Positions 18,394 through 29,668 are shown, numbered from the stretch's first letter. The stretch is 64,000 bases of DNA from Candidatus Heimdallarchaeum endolithica (GCA_021513715.1 CP084167.1:928001-992000), one strand, 5' to 3'. Program-made: numbers and translations. Notes: a model not told the origin generated them from the letters alone.

Positions 18394-20577
18394 TTATGGA
18401 ATATATAGTAACATGGAGTACAGGTGTTCTCTAGTAGTAAATGTTCTAGTATCATAGAATTTCTTTATTACAAGAAGGTTATTTGACTGATATTGGATTG
18501 ACTTCATAAATTCTTTTACTATATCAGGAATATTGTAAATATAGAAACCAGCACTGTTCAATATTGCAATATAGCGGATGTTCAATTTTTCTTTTAAAAC
18601 TGAAAACCATTCTTGTTTAGGATGTTTAAGAAGAAATTGCCTAAAGGTTTGTGACTCGGGAAAAATTAATCTACTATAATTATGTATATAATATATTTCA
18701 AAAGGATATACGATAATTAGCTCACTTCTTGGTAGATAATTATTAACGTAATCTATCAGTTTAATTTCAAAAAGTTTCCAATGATATAGATCTTCATCAT
18801 CATTATTGAAAGGATGCAAAATAGGATATAAAACAGGATCATTTATTGTTTTAAAACCAAAAATAATGATAACTGTTGAAAATAAAACATTAATAGTAAG
18901 CATCGCAACTATTGTTATTTTCATTAAAGTTGAAATAACTTTAACTAAATTTTTTGCTTTGCTTAAAATTACACCAATTGAATTGATTTCTTTAAAAAAT
19001 AAAGATAGAGCTTCACTGCTTACAAGTGATAATACTGGAAGTAGTAATAGATAATATCTAGATAAACTAGATGTTACAAACAATTTTTGTAAGATTAGCA
19101 CAGGGATAATAATATACAATGCTAAAAATTTCTTTTCGATATTTCTTTGGAAAATACTATAAATTAACCATATAATTGATAGAGAAACAATTATTGAGCC
19201 AAGAGGTTGGTTCACTTTTCCTATGTTAACTGCTGAGATAATATATAAGTTATTTTTTCTGTATGTTTCAATAAATAAGGTAAATCTAAAAAACACAATT
19301 AAACACACAAAAACTACTGATGATAAACATATTGAGAGAGCTCTCTTAACTTTAATGTTTGTGAATATATCTAAAAACGAACTACTTTGCATTAAGAAAG
19401 TCATAAATAAAGCAAAAAGAAATAAATAATATACCATTATTAGTGAAAAAACGTTTGGTTCTACAAAATTAATATCAAATATATTAGTGTAGGGATAAAA
19501 TATTTCTCCAAAGTTAATAAAAGTTATTACATAGCGAATTGAGCCGATGAAAAAAGTAAGAAACGGGCCAAAATAAAGGTATGATAAAGAAACCCTATGT
19601 TTCTTGATTTTAGAGTTGAACTTTCTTTCTAAGAAAATTCTAAATGCTAAGTAAAATATATAATTTACCAATGATATTTGTTTTGAACAAATCATCAAAC
19701 CAATAAAAATATCTCCAAGAAGAATTGATTTTTTTCTATATTTTGCCTTTATATCTTGAATATTGAATAATATTGCTGTTAAAAAAAATGATAATTGAGA
19801 AACATCATTGTTCATAGTTGAAGATACTGAAATTAGGGCTGGACAACTAATGAATATGATAATTGTAAGACTTTTTGAATTTTTTTGTATATTAAAATAC
19901 TTAAATATTTCATATATAGCCAATACAGAAATTGTTAGAAAAATAGGATTGAGAAAACGGACTGGAAAATCACAATTTGCGATCTTAAATAACATATAAC
20001 CAATAATATGAAAAGGAGAAATATCATAAAAAAAGTGATAATTTAGAAAAGGATAATCTCGAATATAAGGAAAAGAGTTGATCTCATAGAGAAATTTTAT
20101 CATAGGCATATGAGTAAAAATAGCATCTGCGCTTGTAGTAGGAAATAATATTGAATGATAAAAAGTGAAAAAAATAAAATACAAAACAATAAAACTTGTC
20201 GATTTCTTAAGAGTAAAATTATTAAAAATGTTATTTATTTTCTCCTTTAATTTTCTTAGAAAATTGATTTGTTTCAACTGAAACTGATTATATATTTTCT
20301 TAAGGTTGTTTATTATATTATAATAAGTAAATATAAGATTTTTATTAACAATAATAAAGAATATTGCTAATGTAAAATTCATAAAAATATAAAAAATTAA
20401 GGTTTTAATGTCTAAAAATAAATAGATTATACCCATTAGATAGTTAAATACTATGTTTGATGATAAAATAAGAATTATATTAGAAGCTTTCGATGCATTA
20501 TGATTATATAAAAATATACAAGGAAATAGAATTGAAGCTATTGTAACTAAAACTGTAGAAAACATGATTGACACCAT
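18394..20577 (-). CDS. ArnT/PMT-like GT-C membrane glycosyltransferase
   Basis: 727 aa, many TMs, loop Asp (SADAIFTH), NND, CSKQ, PFL/IFYP, RYYL, soluble C-terminal domain. Confidence 0.6.
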   Translation of the reverse strand: MVSIMFSTVLVTIASILFPCIFLYNHNASKASNIILILSSNIVFNYLMGIIYLFLDIKTLIFYIFMNFTLAIFFIIVNKNLIFTYYNIINNLKKIYNQFQLKQINFLRKLKEKINNIFNNFTLKKSTSFIVLYFIFFTFYHSILFPTTSADAIFTHMPMIKFLYEINSFPYIRDYPFLNYHFFYDISPFHIIGYMLFKIANCDFPVRFLNPIFLTISVLAIYEIFKYFNIQKNSKSLTIIIFISCPALISVSSTMNNDVSQLSFFLTAILFNIQDIKAKYRKKSILLGDIFIGLMICSKQISLVNYIFYLAFRIFLERKFNSKIKKHRVSLSYLYFGPFLTFFIGSIRYVITFINFGEIFYPYTNIFDINFVEPNVFSLIMVYYLFLFALFMTFLMQSSSFLDIFTNIKVKRALSICLSSVVFVCLIVFFRFTLFIETYRKNNLYIISAVNIGKVNQPLGSIIVSLSIIWLIYSIFQRNIEKKFLALYIIIPVLILQKLFVTSSLSRYYLLLLPVLSLVSSEALSLFFKEINSIGVILSKAKNLVKVISTLMKITIVAMLTINVLFSTVIIIFGFKTINDPVLYPILHPFNNDDEDLYHWKLFEIKLIDYVNNYLPRSELIIVYPFEIYYIHNYSRLIFPESQTFRQFLLKHPKQEWFSVLKEKLNIRYIAILNSAGFYIYNIPDIVKEFMKSIQYQSNNLLVIKKFYDTRTFTTREHLYSMLLYIP

Positions 20578-20725
20578 TATTTTATAATTAAAGAGAGAAA
20601 TTTAACTAGGGTGTAATAAAGAAAAATTATATTGATAATTAAGAAAACAAAAAACTTCCATAGTACATTAAAAAGTAATGTAAACTTTTTTTGTATAAAC
20701 ACATGTTGTTCGAAACATATAATCA

Positions 20726-20838
20726 ATATAAAGTTATTGCTAAAAGAATGTTCTATACTCCCACAACTGGGCAGAAGGAGAAGAAATAATTACAAGTGTA
20801 GCATATAAAGTTATTGCTAAAAGAATGTTCTATACTCC
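20726..20838. repeat. Two identical 36-bp direct repeats around a 41-bp unique spacer (CRISPR-like mini-array, orphan)
   Basis: ATATAAAGTTATTGCTAAAAGAATGTTCTATACTCC at 20726-20761 and 20803-20838; spacer 20762-20802. Confidence 0.85.
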
Positions 20839-21121
20839 AGAAGAAAACGTTGGAAGTTAAGTCTTTTTCATAGCTCAAGAAACTGAATAACATGAAAGAA
20901 TACTTTAAAGATTAAACACTTGTCACATATTCAACTCTATTTATCATTCAACTTTAGTATCTAATATTTTTTTATTGATTTCATCGATTATATTCTTTCA
21001 AGAGCTGATAGTGAAATATTTTTGCTTTCTAATGTGAAATAACTGTTAATTATTTATTAAGTCTTTGTAGCATCTATAAAGAAAAATATAACTAAAATTA
21101 ATTAATATTTATAAGTTCATT

Positions 21122-23068
21122 TCATTTTAAGTTATTTCTTTTTTCAATTTTTTTCTGATATATTGTAATTCCTACCGTAACTAGAATAAATAATATTGTT
21201 CCTGCAATTAAAAATAGGATAGCAATTATATTAACTCCTTTAGGATAACTTTCTGCAGACATTGGATTAGTACCTTTCATCATTTCTTCTAAATCAGAGA
21301 AGCCATCATTATCCGAATCTGGTTTATTAGGGATTGTTCTATAAATATATTCTTCTAAATTTGATAAACCGTCACCATCATAGTCTTTGGATGAATCATT
21401 TAAGTTTGGATTTAAACCATAATTTACTTCCCAACCATCAGGCATACCATCACCATCAGTATCAGCCTTCAAAGGGTCAGTTCCATAATAATATTCTTCT
21501 ATATTCGATAACTGATCTTTGTCAGGATCATTATCGGTCTCTTTAATCATAGGATTGAGATTGTTTTCTAGCTCCCATTTATCTGGAAGACCATCTAGAT
21601 CTGTATCTGAATTGTTTGCAGATGTTCCAATAAGAAATTCGTCATAATTTGATAATCCATCGCAATCGTTATCTTCAAAACTATCATTAACCAACTGATT
21701 CAAATTGTTGTTAACTTCATAAAAATCAGAGATTAGATCAAAATCAGTGTCATTAGAGTATGGGTTTGTTTGAAATTTGTACTCTAGATAATCAAATAGT
21801 TGATCATTATCTTCATCACCAAATGTATTATTTTCACCCACATTAAAACCATAATAGATTTCCCACCAATCACCTATAGAATCGTTATCTTTATCAATAT
21901 AAGTAAAATTTAAAGGAAAGGGATCAATAGAATAAGCAGGACCATCTATAGAATAGAAGTTTGTTTTGAAAGTAAAATCAGTCCAATAATTTCCCTTATT
22001 TTCTGAATAAGAACACCAAACATTGTTTTTTTCATTTTCGTATGCCTGTATTGATAATTCATTATTTTCAAAAAATATGTTTTCATATATTTGAACATTA
22101 TTTGAATTATATAGAATGACACCATAGTCCTTATTCATTATCAAATTATTATTATCAACAAAAGAATCAACAGTTCCTCTGATTTCTAAACCATAAACAA
22201 GATTGTTCTTAAGAGTATTATTAGAAATAACTATGCTTTTTGAATTTTCAGAAAAGATCCCAGATTGTGTATTTTGATTACAAAAATTATTTATTACTTT
22301 GGATTTTTCTGACTGATACAAATATATTCCATAATAATTTAGAGAACAATTATTATAAGTTATATTTGTAATTGATCCTTGAGAATAAATTCCATATAAT
22401 ATATGATTTACTAAACTATTTTTATTAACAAAAATATCTAAGGAGCTTGTAATATAAATTCCATATAGCTGATTGTCAGCAAAGATATTATTTTCAACAC
22501 CTATATTTTTTGACATATCAACTTTTAAACCAGTGTTATGGTTCCTTTGAAATTTATTGTTCTCAATTCTTAAGAGGGATGAATTTTCAATATTAATGCC
22601 AACATAATTTTCTTTTAGTATATTATTAGAAATATTAGCACTTATGCTTGTGACATTATTGATGAAAATTCCATTTTTGCTATTATTTATTGTACAATTA
22701 TAAATTATAAATGAACCATTAGAAATATTCTCAATTGAAATTCCTCTCTCTCCAGCATCGATATAACAATTTTGTATTATGAAGCTTACTGTTGTAGAAT
22801 TTATTGTAATACCATTTCCGTCAGTAACAATTGTTAAATTTTCAATAATATAAGGATCTGAAGTGGTTCCTGAACCTTTAAAAACATTAAAATCTGCATT
22901 AGAGTTAATTAAAATTGGATTTGTCTGGGTAACTTCTATAAAGGGTGAAATATTGGAAGAGTGATTGAGAAGGTATACCGCATTTACATCTATCGCAAAA
23001 AATAGAATAAATAAATACAATTTGATGAAGACTTTAATTTTAACCAGAAAAAGTGCTTTTTTATGCAT
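21122..23068 (-). CDS. Cell-surface protein: right-handed beta-helix (NosD/pectin-lyase-like), nine TSP3-like Ca-binding repeats, C-terminal TM anchor
   Basis: PILINSNADF..GSGT.SDPYIIEN, repeated I.NN....N..GI.L, GNYW.D, nine DxDxD..D..E units, C-terminal TM with basic tail. Confidence 0.85.
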   Translation of the reverse strand: MHKKALFLVKIKVFIKLYLFILFFAIDVNAVYLLNHSSNISPFIEVTQTNPILINSNADFNVFKGSGTTSDPYIIENLTIVTDGNGITINSTTVSFIIQNCYIDAGERGISIENISNGSFIIYNCTINNSKNGIFINNVTSISANISNNILKENYVGINIENSSLLRIENNKFQRNHNTGLKVDMSKNIGVENNIFADNQLYGIYITSSLDIFVNKNSLVNHILYGIYSQGSITNITYNNCSLNYYGIYLYQSEKSKVINNFCNQNTQSGIFSENSKSIVISNNTLKNNLVYGLEIRGTVDSFVDNNNLIMNKDYGVILYNSNNVQIYENIFFENNELSIQAYENEKNNVWCSYSENKGNYWTDFTFKTNFYSIDGPAYSIDPFPLNFTYIDKDNDSIGDWWEIYYGFNVGENNTFGDEDNDQLFDYLEYKFQTNPYSNDTDFDLISDFYEVNNNLNQLVNDSFEDNDCDGLSNYDEFLIGTSANNSDTDLDGLPDKWELENNLNPMIKETDNDPDKDQLSNIEEYYYGTDPLKADTDGDGMPDGWEVNYGLNPNLNDSSKDYDGDGLSNLEEYIYRTIPNKPDSDNDGFSDLEEMMKGTNPMSAESYPKGVNIIAILFLIAGTILFILVTVGITIYQKKIEKRNNLK

Positions 23069-23303
23069 AACATCACTGAATAATGCTAATATTTTAGTTT
23101 ATTGGAAAGGAAAAAAATATAAATTTTTTGTAAATGAGTTTAGAAATATTTAAAGTTATCAAAAGCTGGTTTATTACTCTTTTTCAAATCTATTATAAGG
23201 ATACGGTAATTAAGAATTGTATATAATTTTAAAGTTAATCATAATATTTACTTTTTTCTAGATACACTATCGTGCATCTTGTCTGAAAAAATAATTTATA
23301 CTT

Positions 23304-25424
23304 TTATTCATCATTTAAATAGTTGTAACTCACCTCGAATATGCTTACTGAACCTTGAGAAAAAACTGGTGTTAAAAATTCAATTTTATTGAATATTTCA
23401 ATTGAATAATTTAATCCTATTTCTTCCATTTTCATAGCTAAATAATTAGGGCGATCATCTGAAACAAAGATATGAGTAATAGAGTGGTTGTATAAGTAAG
23501 TTAACGCTGTATAGGTGTCATTAAATTTAAGAATAGCTGAAAACAGTTCAAAAACTGTGGTTTCTGTATATGACATATCTGCAGAAGAATAAAAAGGATA
23601 ACAAATCGTTTTATTTTGAGGATAAACATAAAGAGGAATAAATTGCCCATAAGGATCATTAAGAATAACCATTGAACCATTATAATTTTTTATCCAGGCG
23701 TAAGAAGCTAACACATCATCGTTATAACTTATTGCTGTGCGACTTGGAATTATGTAGCTATATATACTAAATGATATAAGAAGTACAATAATGAAAAAAT
23801 ACTTACGTACATCTCTCAAATGTTTTATATTTTTTATATTTTTTCTTAGTTTATAAAACAGTTCAACTTTTTTATGTTGGAGATGAACTCTATTCTTGAA
23901 ATTATAAATATGTTCTTTGACAAACTTACCTGAAATGATAGGAGCTAAAATTATATTATTAATTTCATATACACGTTCTATCCTAAACAAGTAGTTAGCT
24001 AAGGGGAAACGGATGAAACGGCCAGTAAAAATCTGAATTTGCATAAAACTTAGAAAAAAGAATACAGAAATAAAAAATATTGAAACTCCAAATAGTTTAA
24101 CATCTATATTTTTTCTTTTTTTAAATAAAAGAGTTATCAAAAACAAAAACGAGAATAGAAATGAAAAGTAGAAAAATGAAAAATAATATAATATTAAATT
24201 AATTACCACATTACCAAAAGAAAAAAGTCCAATTTCTCCTGTTTGTCCTTTTCTTATGTAACTCCAAATTACAAGTAACCATGATGATTCCTTCGTGAAA
24301 AAAGTAATGCTTCCACCTAGATTTAGTTGCGTAAGAAATAGAAAAAGAAATTCATCAAAAAAAGCGATTAATACTTCGATTAAAGCAAAAAAAAACAAAA
24401 TAATAACTAAACTATAAACTTTTTTTATATTTCTATATTTAAAAATGTTAAATGTAGCAATTACAATTGTGCCAATTAACGCAAATCCTAATGTGTTAAA
24501 ATGAGTTAAAGAAATAGCCATAAAAATAAAGATAATAGTTAAATGATTATATAGAGAAGAATTATCATTTATTTTTAGCATCGCATCTAGATAAAATACA
24601 AGGATAAGCAAAGAAAAAGTAAAGGGATAACCACCCCATTTAGTTAAGAAAATAAATTGTGGTGTTAAAAATGCCAAAGAAACCATAGTTTCAGTTATAT
24701 AGTCTTTAAAATGACTTCTATATAATAAATATAACACAAAAAATAACAAGTTAAATATAAAATGAATGCTATTATTAACAAAAATTCCCATATTAATGTC
24801 AAAAAAACTAAAAAAATAATAATACCATAATAAAAAACAATGAGATAGAGGAGGATAAAATAAATTTTCATTTAAATAAAAGTCAGGTGCAATAATTTTA
24901 GACCAGCTTGGAAAAAGATTTTTTTGATTGAAAATTAGCAATAATTGGATAGCATGACCTTTAGGATCGTCAGCATTTGGTAATACTAAGAGTAATCCTG
25001 GTAGAATAGTTAGGAAAAATATAACTAGTAAAATAACAATTTTTATAATTCTTTTATTATAAAAAAAATTTTTTAGATAGTTTAATATTATGTTAAAATG
25101 ATATTTTATCAGTGTTTTATTTTTGTTATAAGTAACAAAACCTAAAATATAGATTATAGATATATAAATTAAAATTATATAATATGGTAACTTAAATAAA
25201 ATAATAAAAAATAAAAAAAATGAAGAAGTTAATACACCAATGCTTATATTTTTTAGAATAAAATTTGAAAAGTTACTATTAATTTTTCTATTTTTTGTTG
25301 CGTTAATAATAAGCAAATAAGTAGGTATTATTTGAGTTATGATAAATAATATTAAAAAGCTTAATTGTATAACTATGTTCATCAGTATAACATAAAAATT
25401 AATGTTTACGTTTTGAAGAAGCAT
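23304..25424 (-). CDS. GT-C-like multi-pass membrane protein (DUF6541-like), paralogue 1
   Basis: PNADDPKGH acidic loop, FYPPLSH, KWGGYP, LTH, AY.WIK, VILND, ITHIFVS; shares these blocks with 29726-31861. Confidence 0.65.
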   Translation of the reverse strand: MLLQNVNINFYVILMNIVIQLSFLILFIITQIIPTYLLIINATKNRKINSNFSNFILKNISIGVLTSSFFLFFIILFKLPYYIILIYISIIYILGFVTYNKNKTLIKYHFNIILNYLKNFFYNKRIIKIVILLVIFFLTILPGLLLVLPNADDPKGHAIQLLLIFNQKNLFPSWSKIIAPDFYLNENLFYPPLSHCFLLWYYYFFSFFDINMGIFVNNSIHFIFNLLFFVLYLLYRSHFKDYITETMVSLAFLTPQFIFLTKWGGYPFTFSLLILVFYLDAMLKINDNSSLYNHLTIIFIFMAISLTHFNTLGFALIGTIVIATFNIFKYRNIKKVYSLVIILFFFALIEVLIAFFDEFLFLFLTQLNLGGSITFFTKESSWLLVIWSYIRKGQTGEIGLFSFGNVVINLILYYFSFFYFSFLFSFLFLITLLFKKRKNIDVKLFGVSIFFISVFFFLSFMQIQIFTGRFIRFPLANYLFRIERVYEINNIILAPIISGKFVKEHIYNFKNRVHLQHKKVELFYKLRKNIKNIKHLRDVRKYFFIIVLLISFSIYSYIIPSRTAISYNDDVLASYAWIKNYNGSMVILNDPYGQFIPLYVYPQNKTICYPFYSSADMSYTETTVFELFSAILKFNDTYTALTYLYNHSITHIFVSDDRPNYLAMKMEEIGLNYSIEIFNKIEFLTPVFSQGSVSIFEVSYNYLNDE

Positions 25425-25842
25425 AACTTCAAGAAATGAAATTTAAATATAAATTTTATGTTTACCAATGTAAAAATGCTGAAAAACGAATTATCTATAT
25501 TTGATATATTATTTAAACTAATAGATTGATGAATACTTTTGATAATCATTTTATCAGGTATAAGAATAGAAAATGTCAGAAAATGATGAATATTTAGTCA
25601 CTAAATTTGTGTTTATTTTTGGACAATAAAGAAATATGAAGAGAAGTTTATTCAGATAATCTATTTTCTTCTGAAGCATTATAACTTCAGTTTTTCTTAA
25701 TTTTTTTTGATTACTATTAGGGTTATTCACAACATATTATTTACTTCTGTAAACAACTTTCTATTTTTTGTTTCTAATATAGGTAGAAAAATACAAATTA
25801 GATTATTCCATAAAATTAAAATGTTAATCAATTTATTCTAGT

Positions 25843-26973
25843 TTGAATAATATGAAACTGTTATTTGTTTTGCCTAAAAGTATCGAAAGTTTAGGAGGTA
25901 TTGAAACTACAGTCAGAAATATAGTAAAAAAATTAGAAATTAAAGGATACAAAATAGATATCCTTTGCACAGAATGGAAACAGAAAGGCGTAAAAATTGA
26001 TAATTATTCACAAAATATTCGATTAATAAAAGTTAATAGAATAATTTTTAAGAACAAGATTTATCTGTCTCCACAGATAATAAAATATTTTAATAATATC
26101 AAATATGAATATGATCAAATACATATCCATTCACTACATTCACTTACAAGTCTTTGCTTATTATACTCAATAAAAGAAAAAACAGTTTTCACCCCTCATT
26201 TTCACCCATCATCAGGTAGTGGCACTGTTGTTATGAAGTTACTATTGAATCTCTATCTAAAAATTTTTGGGAAAAAAGTACTAAGAAATGTTTCTAAGCT
26301 AATTGCAGTATCAAATTACGAAAAAGATCTTATTGTAAAGCTTTTTGAATTTAATAAAGACAATATAGTTGTTATTCCACATGGTATTTCAGAACGAATA
26401 AAAACCACAAATCAATTTACCACTCCACCAAAAAACGTGCTATATATTGGAAGATTCATCAAACAAAAAGGAGTAATGCATATTCTTAATGTATTTGTAG
26501 AACTTAAAAAACAGTTTGAAGATTTAAATTTAACTTTAATCGGAGGAGGTCCTCTTATTAATAAAATTAAGAAGTTTATAAAGAGAAATAATATTACTGA
26601 CTCTGTAAACATTTTTGAAAATGTACAATCAAATTTTATATATGAAAGCTACAAAAAATCAGATTTATTTCTAATGTTGTCGAAATACGAGGCATTTGGT
26701 ATTGCAATTGCTGAAGCAATTGCATCAGGAGTCCCAACAATCGTTAAAAGATCAGGAGGAATAGCAACTTATCTAATAAATGGAACTAATGGATTTTTTA
26801 TCGATAATGAAAAAGATATTAGACATATTGTTGAAGTTGCTACAAAAATTCTTTCAAATAATGAATTGCGAAACAAATTAAGAAATAATGGAATAAAACT
26901 TAAAAACAAGTTGTCTTGGGAAAAATCTGCTATTAAAACAGTCAGCTTAATTACTAGCAATTACCTTGAATAA
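25843..26973 (+). CDS. GT4 glycosyltransferase
   Basis: GGIE, HIHS, YIGRF..QKG, EAFGIAIAEAIASGVP. Confidence 0.92.
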   Translation: MNNMKLLFVLPKSIESLGGIETTVRNIVKKLEIKGYKIDILCTEWKQKGVKIDNYSQNIRLIKVNRIIFKNKIYLSPQIIKYFNNIKYEYDQIHIHSLHSLTSLCLLYSIKEKTVFTPHFHPSSGSGTVVMKLLLNLYLKIFGKKVLRNVSKLIAVSNYEKDLIVKLFEFNKDNIVVIPHGISERIKTTNQFTTPPKNVLYIGRFIKQKGVMHILNVFVELKKQFEDLNLTLIGGGPLINKIKKFIKRNNITDSVNIFENVQSNFIYESYKKSDLFLMLSKYEAFGIAIAEAIASGVPTIVKRSGGIATYLINGTNGFFIDNEKDIRHIVEVATKILSNNELRNKLRNNGIKLKNKLSWEKSAIKTVSLITSNYLE

Positions 26974-27146
26974 ACCATCACCAATGACTAATTACTAAGT
27001 TATGATGTATACTAACAATCCTTAAGGTAATTGTTTGAGATGTTATGGTTTGAGGTAAAGACACACAAAAACTAAAAAAGGATAACAATAATTATATATG
27101 AAAATTAAAGTTTCTTGCAAAGAATGATGATGCCAAGAGGGGTATT

Positions 27147-28298
27147 ATGAAATTACAAAATTTCAACAGGAGTATGATTTTATTATTAGTAATATTTTAC
27201 TATTTAAGTTTAACATCCTACTCTGTTATAGGCTATGATGAAGAAAGCCCAAGTATTTTAAATGTGACACATTCTCCAGCGTTTCCTAGCAATAAGGATA
27301 ATATAACAATTTTTGCAGAAATTTACGATGAATCAGGTATTGGTTCAGCCTACTGTATTTATAGAATAAATAATGATGGTTGGAAAAATATATCTATGGA
27401 AAATATTTACTTAAGTAATTATCATGTACAAATAGGCCCTTTTCCACATGCGACAAAAGTGGAATATTATATACAAGCCGTTGATAATTCAGTTAAACAT
27501 AATTATGCAATAAATGATAATAATGGTACTTTTTTTAGTTTCACTGTTGATAAAATGCAAGATAACAGCCCTCCAAAAATTGAGAATGTAAATTACAGAA
27601 TAGAAAAAACAAATGAAGAATTATCAGTAACTGTAAATGCAAATATCTATGATGAAAGTAATCTCAAAACTGTAAATTTATATTATAAATTTGATCAATC
27701 TGAATGGATTTCTTCAAATATGAACTTTGTAAACGACACATTATATAAAAAACAAATTTCACCTATTAAATCATCTTACAAGTCCATGTTTTTTTATATA
27801 GAAGCCATAGATAACTCAATCAATGAAAATAAAGCAATTGCTGATAACGGTAGTTTATATGAAATAGCATTAAAATCAGATGATCTAAATAAACCTTTAA
27901 TAAGTTCCGTTTTCTTCAAACCCGTAAATCCAACAGACAAAGAAACAATAACAATAAGCGTTAAAGTTAGTGACGAAACAGGAATCAGCAATATTGTTCT
28001 TATTTATTTCTACAAATTAAGATGGTTTTCAAAGAATATGCTACCTTCAACTAGAGAACTTTACCAATGCGAAATAGGACCGTTTAATGAAGGTGATGTA
28101 ATCAATTTTTATATAAAAGCAGTAGATAACTCATCTCATAGGAATATAGCTATTGATAATAATAATAATAAATATTATTCTATTGTTATTAAAATGAATA
28201 CAGATACAGTTGATTATAATAGTAATATAATTTGTTCTGTAATTTTCATAATAATGTTCTATACTATTACAAAAGATAAATCACATAAAAATACATAA
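27147..28298 (+). CDS. Secreted/anchored protein with three tandem Ig-like repeats
   Basis: Signal peptide; three units D..P.I..V...ITI.A.I.DE(S/T).I...Y....W...M...Y...I.P....YI.A.DNS...N.A..DN; hydrophobic C-terminus. Confidence 0.75.
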   Translation: MKLQNFNRSMILLLVIFYYLSLTSYSVIGYDEESPSILNVTHSPAFPSNKDNITIFAEIYDESGIGSAYCIYRINNDGWKNISMENIYLSNYHVQIGPFPHATKVEYYIQAVDNSVKHNYAINDNNGTFFSFTVDKMQDNSPPKIENVNYRIEKTNEELSVTVNANIYDESNLKTVNLYYKFDQSEWISSNMNFVNDTLYKKQISPIKSSYKSMFFYIEAIDNSINENKAIADNGSLYEIALKSDDLNKPLISSVFFKPVNPTDKETITISVKVSDETGISNIVLIYFYKLRWFSKNMLPSTRELYQCEIGPFNEGDVINFYIKAVDNSSHRNIAIDNNNNKYYSIVIKMNTDTVDYNSNIICSVIFIIMFYTITKDKSHKNT

Positions 28299-28480
28299 TT
28301 TGTGATTTATCATCATTGTTATTTAACAAATATTTTTGTATTCAATTTTTTTAAATTTGTGATATTTTCTTCTATTTTTCTGCGGATTCTATTATCAAAC
28401 AAACTATAAATATGCTTTAATAAAAAATATATATAAGAATAAATTCTAGACACAAGTTAGACAAAAGTAAAATAAAAATG

Positions 28481-29668
28481 CTAATTATCAATTAGCTCGT
28501 TGTAAAAATTAACGATTTTTTCTCCTAACGTTTTCCAACTAAACTCGTTTGAATTGAAATCTGCATGTTCATTAATGCTCTGCAGGATTTCTTCCAATTT
28601 AGATAAAAATGTTTCTTCATTTTCATACAAATAGCAGCGGGGATATTTCTCCTTGAAAAATCTATGTGGTTTTATGTCGGTTGCTAATACAGGTTTCAGT
28701 AATGATGCATATTCTAAAATCTTTAGCGGAAAACTAGGCTTATATATCTCTAGATCTGGAATATGAGAAACACAAATATCGAATGATTTAATCCAAGAAG
28801 GTATTTTTTCATGATCAACAGGATTAAGAATATAAAGTTTATTTGACAAATTATATTTATCTCTCAATTCTTCTAATTTATGCTTTCCGGTGCCATCACC
28901 GATAAAAACTAAATTTAAAAATGGAAATTTTTTTAGGGATTTGTAAAAATAATATACTAATTGTTCTAAATTCCTTTGCATTTCTAGTGAACCTATATAG
29001 CCAAGAGTGATACTGTCTTCATCTAAATTAAGAATACTAGAAATATCAATAGGCAAGATGCTTGTATTAAAAAAATCTAAATTAATACCAGATGGTATAA
29101 CAATATATTTATAATTTTTCGGTAAGTGTTTTTTGTAGAAATTGTGTAATTCTTCTGTAATGAAAATAAAAGCAGAAATCCTTCTTATCAATATCTTTTC
29201 AATTGTAGATATCAACTTTACATATAATTTAGTAAATAACTTTGGTACATATCCACTAGTTTCACCTATATATATCCAAGGACTTCGCAATTCATAAATT
29301 ATTTTTGAATGCTTTCTTATTTTTTTATTGAATAATACTGCAGCTAGAGATGACATTGGATATATAGTATGTATTATATCAATTTCATTATTTTTTGATA
29401 ATTCTTTTATTTTTCTGTTTGCATTCCAAATAAATTTCAAATTTCCAATAGTTGTATAAGGGTTACCTGCAACTGTGATAACATTTTGATTAGTTTTATT
29501 TTTCTCATTATTCTCGCAAGCTATTACAGTTACCTCAGTATTTCTTGCGTTGTTAATACCAAGAGTTATATTTACTAGGTAGGTTGACAGTGCCTTTGTT
29601 GAATGAAAAGGAAAATTTTGTATTATTACAACATATAGTTTTTTTTCAATATTGTTCACTCTCTTCAT
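28481..29668 (-). CDS. GT4 glycosyltransferase
   Basis: IYELRSPW, IPSGI, GYIGSL, IGDG, FPLKILEY...KPV. Confidence 0.9.
   Translation of the reverse strand: MKRVNNIEKKLYVVIIQNFPFHSTKALSTYLVNITLGINNARNTEVTVIACENNEKNKTNQNVITVAGNPYTTIGNLKFIWNANRKIKELSKNNEIDIIHTIYPMSSLAAVLFNKKIRKHSKIIYELRSPWIYIGETSGYVPKLFTKLYVKLISTIEKILIRRISAFIFITEELHNFYKKHLPKNYKYIVIPSGINLDFFNTSILPIDISSILNLDEDSITLGYIGSLEMQRNLEQLVYYFYKSLKKFPFLNLVFIGDGTGKHKLEELRDKYNLSNKLYILNPVDHEKIPSWIKSFDICVSHIPDLEIYKPSFPLKILEYASLLKPVLATDIKPHRFFKEKYPRCYLYENEETFLSKLEEILQSINEHADFNSNEFSWKTLGEKIVNFYNELIDN

Noticed and set aside
20726-20920. Bona fide CRISPR array with additional degenerate repeats
   Set aside because: Only two copies; flanking positions share just short AAAGAAT-like matches; no cas genes in the window. 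Kept only as a repeat pair
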